A stretch of 64,000 nucleotides of DNA. Origin: Phoronis australis. Taxonomy: Eukaryota > Animalia > Phoronida. The stretch's first letter is position 1, and every line of letters starts with the position of its first letter. Location: assembly GCA_002633005.1 (NCBI GenBank), contig NMRA01000381.1, positions 307,057 to 371,056 on the forward strand, read 5' to 3'. The position numbers and the translations under genes are program-made. A model generated the notes under the pieces. It saw only the letters and a program-made list of their open reading frames with translations, was not told the origin of the DNA and made no database searches. Below are positions 56,601 to 64,000 of the stretch, piece after piece.

Positions 56601-57907
56601 ATGAATACTTCACATTGTCTTCGTATTTTAATTTTTTGGTCGTTAAAAGAGTATTACTTTATCCTTGATTAGTTTGATCTTTTTAAAGGGCATTTCGACG
56701 TGTATAGCTGTCTTAACTGAAGCACTTTGTGGTTTAAAAACATCATGCTCATCTGATCTTGAATTGGTGCCGAATGAGTAGGCAACTCAAGTCACATAAA
56801 CGCACCATTTTCAAATTCGCAATCTTAGTATTGGGCAACCCCAGTTCACTTGTTTTCTTGAGTTACTGATGGATTACATGTTCTTGTTGGTAACGGAATT
56901 AGAATATGCAGTAAGGAATGTTATGAGTAAAAGACATTATTCCATTTTCATTTTTAGCGAGCTAAACAGGGTGAAATTCAGCTTTAAGTAAATATAGTTG
57001 AAAGCGTAGTTTTATTTGATTCATGTTGATAACTGTGTGATGTTTCCTCAGTTCACAGTTGACAACAATTGTCTTTGTCTTCTTCAGCATGGGCCCCAAC
57101 AAGGACGTTGACACTAGTTCTTTCCGCCGAGCCATCTGGAATTATATCCACTGCATGTATGGCATCAGACATGATGACTACGACTATGGAGAAGTCAACC
57201 AACTCATTGGGCGAAGTCTCAAAAGCTATATCAAAACAGCTACTTGTTATCCTGAACGCATTACCAAAGAAGATTATGATGGTTTCATGAAAGGCTTTAA
57301 ACATTCAGAAAAGGTAAGCATGATGCTTTTTCATCTTTTTGTGTTATTGTGTAAGGTAACTCTAGTAGTAGTGTTCAGTGATTAGTTAGGACTTATCCTT
57401 GTTTGTTTCATATAATCTAAAGTTTAACAGAAATTCATGTTAGGAAAATCGAAGAAGAAAATGCTTTTTTCAGCTCGTAACTCGTCAAAGAAATGCTTAG
57501 TGTGCCATTTGTTTAAAAAGATGGATTTATTCAACATTCCTTGTATTGTATTAACCTACAGTCCTTGTCAGTAAGTGAATGAACAAGGACTTTGTTGCAT
57601 TGAACTCCTGTTTTAACATTCTCAGGGAGGTGTACTGACTCCATTCTCAGGGAGGTGTACTGACTCCATTCTCAGGGAGGTGTACTGAGCTACTGACTCC
57701 ATTTTCATATGGCCAACTGAATAGATGTGTGCACATCATGGTAGCCATTGTCATATCATAATCGGTGATATATGCTGCATTTTTCTAGCTGGTATTTTTA
57801 TGGTTGACTATCCTTTACAGGTTCATGTCAACCTGATGTTGTTGGAAGCACGCATGCAAGCTGAATTACTATATTCCCTCCGAGCAATGATGCGTTACAT
57901 GACGTAG
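29296..57907 (+). CDS. SESN: Sestrin (PA26 family; SESN1 long-isoform-type N-terminus), 10 exons, 561 aa
   Basis: join(29296..29625,38296..38361,40026..40073,49192..49362,51527..51709,52518..52727,53018..53150,56158..56389,57088..57313,57821..57907) = 1686 nt, GT-AG, phases consistent. Motifs: [74 protein letters not shown]. Confidence 0.96.
30108..31792. mobile_element. composite MITE copy 2 (inverted relative to copy 1); nested pogo-like MITE at about 30278-31316
   Basis: Ends tgaGGATATAC / GTATATCCCTG flanked by ccttg on both sides; inner TIR CCGTATTCGCCCTAATAAGCGCCC. Confidence 0.85.
34329..35942. mobile_element. stand-alone pogo/Tigger-like MITE (same family as the nested inner element), interrupted by later insertions
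   Basis: ta|CCGTATTCACCCTAATAAGCACCC ... GGGTGCTTATTAATGCGAATACGT|ta; interior matches 30278-31316. Confidence 0.82.
35031..35270. mobile_element. 240-bp GC-rich MITE with 5-bp TSD
   Basis: tatca|CATGCCCGCACCCAG ... CTGGGTGTGTGCATG|tatca. Confidence 0.85.
36457..36930. mobile_element. CAGGG-ended MITE, right end disrupted
   Basis: CAGGGCTTGGAAT ... ATTCCAAGC; internal TTCCGC repeats. Confidence 0.55.
38296..38361 (+). CDS. SESN: sestrin exon 2 [22 protein letters not shown]
   Basis: cgtag|GAA ... GAG|gtaaga; matches SESN1 [22 protein letters not shown]. Confidence 0.93.
38841..38930. repeat. 21-bp tandem repeat x4
   Basis: attttgtgaact(g/a)cccagtct. Confidence 0.9.
40026..40073 (+). CDS. 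SESN: sestrin small exon 3 [16 protein letters not shown]
   Basis: ccttttcag|GTT ... CAA|gtaagt, 48 nt, phase 0-0; fills the gap corresponding to SESN1 ILQVGSEDAQ. Confidence 0.72.
40329..40842. mobile_element. 514-bp TIR element (possibly Kolobok-like, TTAA on the right)
   Basis: Perfect 16-bp inverted repeat AGGTTATCTCAAACCT / AGGTTTGAGATAACCT. Confidence 0.6.
43315..43415. repeat. about 36-bp tandem repeat x3
   Basis: cagataagtgattccatagagctggagactggggc. Confidence 0.85.
44015..44067. repeat. 16-bp tandem repeat x3
   Basis: tgtcactggctcttat. Confidence 0.85.
44772..45518. mobile_element. about 745-bp TIR element
   Basis: TTGAAGGCCTTTCCCAT / ATGGGAAAGGGCCTTCAA plus inner inverted TGAAGCTTCGAT / ATCGAAACTTCA. 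Confidence 0.6.
46091..46160 (+). promoter_or_regulatory. Cluster of CARE/AARE motifs (TGATGCAAT x2, TGAAGCAAT)
   Basis: TGATGCAAT at 46091 and 46126, variant at about 46152, in sestrin intron 3. Confidence 0.5.
49192..49362 (+). CDS. SESN: sestrin exon 4 AQSLFVDAF...HPQYL...YRHYIALM
   Basis: ttttag|GCA ... ATG|gtaagt. Confidence 0.96.
49537..51262. mobile_element. 1.73-kb non-autonomous hAT5-like element
   Basis: gtctt|CAGGGCTCGAC ... GTCGAGCCCTG|gtctt; repeated subterminal CAGGTCGCATTT motifs at both ends. Confidence 0.9.
51428..51511. repeat. about 42-bp tandem duplication just upstream of an acceptor
   Basis: tatcataagagtgcttctggtggattggcataagacatgctt x2. Confidence 0.88.
51527..51709 (+). 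CDS. SESN: sestrin exon 5 AAGRHQCSY...[12 protein letters not shown]
   Basis: tttcag|GCT ... CAG|gtaaag. Confidence 0.97.
52518..52727 (+). CDS. SESN: sestrin exon 6 [14 protein letters not shown]...GGHTFRPPS
   Basis: ctgcag|AAA ... AGT|gtaagt. Confidence 0.96.
53018..53150 (+). CDS. SESN: sestrin exon 7 [14 protein letters not shown]...[10 protein letters not shown]
   Basis: ttacag|TAT ... T|gtaagt. Confidence 0.94.
53261..54670 (+). mobile_element. Helentron/HINE-like element with internal satellite-like units
   Basis: Starts tttttatgtgccc..gtcgtcc; degenerate units (ctgtatctcctaa, aatttggc, gccacctagtggc); ends gcgcatttcaac...gttgcacttgt. Confidence 0.6.
56158..56389 (+). CDS. SESN: sestrin exon 8 ...[16 protein letters not shown]...TMTYY
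   Basis: ttgcag|TG ... AC|gtaagt. Confidence 0.96.
57088..57313 (+). CDS. SESN: sestrin exon 9 [10 protein letters not shown]...DDYDYGE...FKHSEK
   Basis: cttcag|C ... AAG|gtaagc. Confidence 0.97.
57617..57703. repeat. 25-bp tandem repeat x3
   Basis: cattctcagggaggtgtactgactc. Confidence 0.88.
57821..57907 (+). CDS. SESN: sestrin exon 10 [28 protein letters not shown]
   Basis: ttacag|GTT ... TAG. Confidence 0.97.
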   Translation, partial: VHVNLMLLEARMQAELLYSLRAMMRYMT

Positions 57908-58617
57908 TGTTTCGGCGTAATGGTCCAGGCCTATGATGCATTATGTGACATAGCGCTACTGGTGTAGTGGTCTAGACCTGATGTATCATTAGAGGTGTAA
58001 AGATTCTAGGCCAATATCTTCTCAGAACGGTGCTCTTCAACTGTATTGATTTGTTTTAGTGACTGACTTCGTCAGGACTATGTTTTGTCTATAAATAAGT
58101 CGAGGGATGTTGTGTTGCAGCTAGCGTCATTGTATAACAAGACAGATTGCTTCACAACTGATTATGTTTGCATTGTGCCATCATAGACAACAAGTTGCAA
58201 TATGCTTGTATATCCTGTTCAGGCAAATTGTAGTACAATATGTCCTTGAGGTTGCTTTTGCTTTTAACAACTGTGTTGTCATTCCAGTGAGTACTTGGTA
58301 CTTTATGCTGTATATCACAAGGTCTGTTCTCTTGTATTCTAGATGTCTTACCAATGAAAAGAATGGCCTCAAAGAGCCACTTCATTTTCTATTCATGTTT
58401 GTTTGTGTTCCATCAATTGCCGGATACCTTGAATTGGCCAGTTGAATCGGCTTTTAAACCCCCATTCCATCCAAAAACCAAACGTCTGATTTATTGCTAT
58501 AAAATTGATCTTGACTTGTTCCTTACCGTAATGTGAAGTGATTTTGGGGTTTATAAAGAACTGACTGTTCGTTATTCCTTGAGGTCATGCTCATCTCATC
58601 AAATGGCAGGCAGTGAC

Positions 58618-58742
58618 AGTCAACTTGTAAATCCAGGTGTTGAGCAGTAAACAAATGTTAGTCAACTTGTAGATCCTGGTTTTGTGCAGTAACCAACTGT
58701 CAGTCAACTTGTAGATCCTGGTGTTGCTCGGTAACCAACGGT
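58618..58742. repeat. about 42-bp tandem repeat x3 in sestrin 3' UTR
   Basis: agtcaacttgta(a/g)atcc(a/t)ggt...gta(a/c)caa. Confidence 0.8.
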
Positions 58743-59332
58743 CACTCCTTTCAAAGCCCTGAAATCACCTATAATTTGACAAAGGAGCTATTTGAGACCA
58801 ATTTTATAACAGTAGTTGGTCCAAATCAGAAGTTGGTTTTTGTCGTGGGATTCGGGTTTATTGGGTTGGCTGGCCGTCTGGACACATTTGTGACTATTGA
58901 TTGGTCATTTATGACAAGTGGCTAGCAAAATAGATGATTGTTTGTTTTCATCACCATATCTTGTGTCCAGTAAAAGACCTGATTAGATGTCATTGTGTAA
59001 ACTAACATGGTTTGTGGCATCAAAAACAGGCTTTTGTTTTGTCTTCTCATTGAATGTGGTCATTATTTTTGAGCTCGTGTGGTATTGTGTTATTTATTTT
59101 GGGTATAACTGACCTTTTATAATTATGCAACTTGTTCTTATTACCCTCATTTTTGGTATCTGTCTATTCATGCCATTGTTAAATGTTTTGTTAACTTAGC
59201 CGTGGAGTAGTACATTCGATTCTTTTTATCTCTGCAATCATTTGTGTTTTTGTGTGGTTTCCATCCTGTGTTGTTTTTGTATAACAAGGACAGTCTTGTT
59301 GGAAAGAAAACTTAGTTGTATAAATCAAGAAA

Positions 59333-59338
59333 AATAAA
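59333..59338 (+). terminator. candidate sestrin polyadenylation signal
   Basis: AATAAA (ATTAAA about 20 nt later) at the end of a 1.4 kb T-rich stretch past the stop. Confidence 0.45.
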
Positions 59339-62260
59339 AGCTGTTGCAAAATATTAAACTGGTACATTTTATTGGCAGGCGCATACAATGTGGTTAGCAG
59401 TAGTTGTACGGAGCCCAAGTTAGTGCTACTTATGTGTTGCATTGTTAGGGTCCCCTGCTGTATCCTATGCTCGCTGGTTCCCTGCTTGCCAACGGAGTCA
59501 GCACGCAGGTAGCAGGCAGTAGCACGCCCTTTATCATTGGTTGATGTAACCTCGGCAGTCATTGGTTAGCTTTACAACAAAGTGAGAAAATTGCGCATTA
59601 TAAACGATTTTTAGCCTTGTCAAGTGTCGTAGCAGTAACTATTTCGTTTCTGCAGTAATGTTTAATAGCTGCGTGCTTGAAACACACACAAGTACAATAA
59701 TTTAAACACGCCGTCATCTGGCCGGTTTAACCAGTGTGTTATTCCTATGAATACAGGACACCAACGTAAACAATTATGTGTTTGAATTAAGCAGTGTGGT
59801 CCGACATCGGTTGCACCTGCTCGATTAAGATTTACCCGGTCCGTAATAATATCAAAGTGCCTAGTAATGTACAGCGCTACGTTAATTTGGCCTGACGGTT
59901 ACTAATGTTTTTAATTTTGGTGTTCGAATTTTATTTGACTGGTACAAAACATCAAAATGACGTCACACTGACAAACGACTACTCGTACCAGAGACGTAGC
60001 TATCGGCACAAAATTACGCGAAAACGCAACTGCGTCGTAGACAAAAATGGAAAACATGAATCGGTAATTTTTTAAGTGTAAGTTAATTTTCAAAGCTCTT
60101 CTGTGAGTACGTAATGAGGCTATTCCATTATTTTTATTCAACATATTGAAAAACAGTGCATAGAAATGGCATATGAACGTTTTAGTTTTTCGAACAGGAA
60201 TATAAAAATATCACGTCTACATGTGCTGTGCAACTTTTGATAGTTACTCTACAAAGAAGAAGGCGTCGCAAATCTTTATGTGAAACGGGTCGATTTTGTC
60301 CGAATTTTGATTTAAACCACTTATGGCTATAACATTATTTTCAACTTATTTCTTTAATTACTAAAATGACATGAGATTTTGGTCTTGCAAAAACGGGCAC
60401 CCCTTAATTCCTAGAGACCATGTTTGGCGAATAAAATGACACGCCATGACAAGTCAACCTGTAAGCAAAACGCCTGCCTTTCAATCAACCAACTACCAGT
60501 GCATGGGGAACCCAGAAATCTCCCCTATTCAGACTACAGAACAATACCAGACCAATGATTTGGTTTGGTTTCTGTGACTCAAGGCGGGTTTACGTGTTGT
60601 ACGTACTTCGCACAAAGACAATGCCGCAGGATGCATGAGCTTTAAAACCTTTTGCTGTGAAGACATCGTTGAAAGGTACGCAGCCAATGGTACGCTAGTT
60701 AACACTCTTAACAACGGCTTCCCACTATTTTCATGTCTACAATTGGTCCTATATCTACACCGTTGTCAGTCAAGATTCTTCTCAACAAAATTTCAGCACC
60801 GCGGCTGAAACTAAAACCATTTTTTACATATTCATAAGTTCAAAAACAGTGATTTACTGAGACTGAGTTATGACTCTGGTAGACTTGGCCAAGTGAACCT
60901 CTAAGGAAGACGATTGCCCGAGTCTGAAGCATGAGACCGGCTAAAATTCAATTTTTTGTTGATGTGAAACGAACCAAAAATTTCGATCCGAATACCAACA
61001 AATCCAAAGTTTCTAAACCATAACCGCGGATGCTCATGAGAGCCAAATCTGGAAAGAGGGGCTGACGTATCTCCCTATAGTTATCATTCGTATTATCAAC
61101 GAAATCGCACAACGGACTGATCATTCCATGTATTCATTGCGGTCATAAACAGAAAAATTCTCAGTTCACGTCGACTATTTGCGAAATGTAAAAACGTAAC
61201 AATTAAAAAAGATATCAGGAACGTTCTTTGTTAGTTTTTTTTATTTCTTTAGTATCGATTTGGTTGGATAAACAACACATACGCCTTCCGCATCAACGGA
61301 AAGCGACCAAAATAAGATTGACCTACTTGAACAAAGATGTCACGCTGAGCTTGTAACAATAAGAAAAATACTAATTGTAGGTATTTTTTCGTTTAAAGAC
61401 CGATTTTGATTGATTTTTTTTACTGTTAACGAATCTTTCAATATCGTTTAACTCTTGAGTGGTTGCGGTGTCGTTCACAGCAACGCTCACGATAGGCTAC
61501 TCATACTGCGACCGATCTTCGAAGTTCGACAGTAACACAAAATATGAAAATATGGATTCAGCAACTTTTTAAACTTGTAAAAGTTTCTTAGAAGTTCTTT
61601 AAGAGACCCGCAGGGCCTACGTGTTTGGCTTACAAATAGAAACAACGACTTTCCCATCCACTGAGTTCTTAGTAAAACAAAACAATGCTCTACAACCTTC
61701 GGCAGCCTTCAAAAGTTTGAAGCAAATTTTCAGAAAACCTTAGACGGGTTATTTTCTCTTGTGGAATCCCTGGCAAGCCTGTCAGTTGTTAACACCTCAA
61801 CGCCTGCAGGTTTATAAATCGCCAAAGGGTTCTTAAACGAGTACATTTCTACGCCTTGAATTGTGCTTAATCTACAGGACTGGTACTTTTTTAATCTACG
61901 TGTACTTTTGCTTAATTTACAGGACCTGCTTTTGCTTAATCTTCGTGTACTTTTACCTAATCTAAGCCTACGTTTGCTGAATTTACACGTTCTTTTACCT
62001 AATCTACACCTACCTGTATACTTTTGCGTACATTTAGTTTTTGAACCATCATGGTGCGCCGCCCATGTACTGATCCTCGGACCACAAACCCAATTTGTGT
62101 TACGGTTCAGGGGCGGATCCAGGATTTTGAGTAAGGGGGGTCAGGGCACAGGAATAACCAGAATTTCGACAGATGTGCGCGCCCAGCCTAAGATGTGGGT
62201 TTGCAGTTGTCTCGAATTTTTGGGTTTGTGGACCTGTTGACTAAAAAAATACAGTAAACG

Positions 62261-63268
62261 CAGTGGCGGATCTAGGATGTCACAAGGGGGGGCCCAACAT
62301 TTTGTCCGGCTGGAAGCATTTGCGCAAACTGAACCACGATTGTAGATGCGCATAGCACCGAATGGGGGGAGGTCGGGAGGGGGGTTCGCCCCCCCTCCTG
62401 CCCAGGAAATTTTTCTGTTTTTACCTCTAAAAATCAAGCATTTTCCTTGATTCCTGAAGTATTATTCAAGAAAAAAAACACAGAGAACGTGTCAAACAGG
62501 AAAACTGAACGTACCAAAGACTAGAACTCACGACCTAGCGGTTAGAGAGCGCGTGCGTTACCACTACACCACCACGATTTAACTAGTGATCTCATACTAA
62601 AAGACCTACTTGTTTATGGTCCACAACGTTTGCGCGCGAAACCTACTTCTTTTCGTAATGCTTATTACACGTTTTATATTTTGTGCCATGAATTCTTAAC
62701 AAATTTGTCGTATTTAAAATAGTCTTCAAATGCCCAAAAGTCCAAATCCGTTTTTCGTGTTGGCAATAATGACGGAATTGCTTTGGAAATCGTCTAAGTT
62801 AAGGTTTGACAAAGGGAGTATTGCGAGTTTCTGAGTGATTCACTAAGGCTTCGATTAAAATTCACATCTTACCAGCAGCTTCTGTTTTTTCATCGTCACT
62901 CAGGTTCCATTCTCTTTAAAAAATGAAGTAAATTTTCTTCATTGCACAGTGGAGCAGACGACGGGAACGGAGTCGTAGTGCGCAGCGCCACTACCGGTCG
63001 CCTGGGATATCGCGGGAGAGCCTATACTTAGCCATAGTTCCGTTACGAATGCGCCGTGTTCCGAATTTGACACTTGAAATTGGGCTTGAGCCCCCCCCCC
63101 CAAACACTAAAACTGCATACATTTAAATCTTTTTTCATCCGTATAATTTTAATTACCGGGATTAATTAATAAACTCACCATTTCCCTACGCTCTTACTGT
63201 TTTATTTTTTGCGGCAGCCAAGGGGGGGGGGGGGCGGGCCCCCTGGGCCCCCCCTAAATCCGCCTATG
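62261..63268. mobile_element. inner nested GC-rich MITE, 5-bp TSD
   Basis: aaacg|CAGTGGCGGATCTAG ... CTAAATCCGCCTATG|aaacg. Confidence 0.85.
62510..62578 (-). other. tRNA-derived (SINE-head-like) fragment
   Basis: Minus strand reads gtggtggtgtagtggtaacgcacgcg...ggtcgtgagttctagtc, an A-box and degenerate B-box at tRNA spacing; no intact acceptor stem. Confidence 0.45.
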
Positions 63269-64000
63269 AAACGGGGCTTTGTTTAGGGCCTATGCATTGT
63301 TTATTCACCCCCGTGCCCCCTGGTTGCGCGCACGTGATAGTCACCCGAACTCCCAAATGGTATCTGGTAGAATTTTAGGGGGGGCATGGCCCCCCCCTCA
63401 ATCTGCCACTGCGGTTGGATATGAGGGTAAACGGGCAGTTTTAAAAATAACTTTCAACCTCTAAGTATAAAAAACAGAGGCGCTAGTGACAGATATAAAA
63501 TATGAAGGCATGTTTACAAAAAATAAAGACATTGTGCAGAGAATTAGTGAACATTTTCAAGACTTATATAAGCATCAAAAGACAACTAATTTGGTAACGC
63601 AAGTAATATTGGCATTCACAACCTAGACCGGTACAGGAAGTGACTCGAGTAATGGCATTCAGTAAGGTATCAAGATTTTGACAGCATCTCACACTTTCGA
63701 AAAACTTATTCCAGAGACTCCTTGTTGGTGGTGAACGGAATTAAGTCCATATGATGCTGTATCGCCGGAACCTGAAGACACGTAGGAGTTTGTCCCACGT
63801 ATCTCATAGCTTTTAGAGCACATATATCTCTAAGATCAAAATATTGCAGGAGACCTCGACTTATATGTTATATTATAAGTATAGGTATACCTAAAACCTT
63901 CCACCCCAAGGCAGCACTGGACAACCAGTGGAGAGGAATTGAGATAACAACGTCAGAGCACGACTGCATGGTGGTCATTGAACTCACTTTAATGCACGAT

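Larger units (their letters stand above)
62108..63411. mobile_element. outer GC-rich MITE, 5-bp TSD
   Basis: cggtt|CAGGGGCGGAT ... ATCTGCCACTG|cggtt. Confidence 0.85.

Noticed and set aside
57905-57985. Possible stop-codon readthrough hairpin after the sestrin TAG
   Set aside because: TAG-T context is unfavourable, pairing is weak, and it is explained by a short degenerate duplication
59440-61800. CpG-richer block downstream of sestrin, possible promoter or new gene
   Set aside because: No coding signature or matched termini found; probably decayed transposon sequence that I cannot delimit
61863-62240. Leu-rich 125-aa ORF resembling LRR or leucine zipper
   Set aside because: Arises from a degenerate 21-bp repeat running into a MITE; no splice or homology support
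62510-62578. Functional tRNA gene
   Set aside because: B-box degenerate, acceptor stem not formed, embedded in a MITE

Overview
AT-rich, intron-rich animal genomic DNA, probably a marine invertebrate (inference), from a draft assembly with an 18-N gap at 23653-23670. Three spliced genes were reconstructed by hand from GT-AG junctions with consistent phases. (1) The 3' 19 exons (927 aa) of a fused alpha+beta NADH-dependent glutamate synthase (GLT1/GOGAT) on + at 1..17433. (2) MEAF6/Eaf6 (NuA4/MYST HAT subunit) on -, missed by the ORF track; exons 1, 2 and the last exon are visible, and the conserved middle exons probably lie in the gap. (3) A complete 10-exon, 561-aa sestrin on + at 29296..57907, head-to-head with MEAF6. 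Introns hold many non-autonomous DNA transposons: several CA..TG elements with 5-bp TSDs (hAT5-like), a composite hAT5+pogo-like MITE, and Helentron/HINE-like elements with CTCF-like motifs. Tandem duplications often abut splice sites. I found no clearly new gene system. The best leads are an amino-acid-stress regulatory architecture on sestrin (ATF4/CARE sites, two uORFs, a candidate alternative first exon, two active-site substitutions), an SV40-type NLS in the GOGAT linker, and duplicated decoy splice donors.
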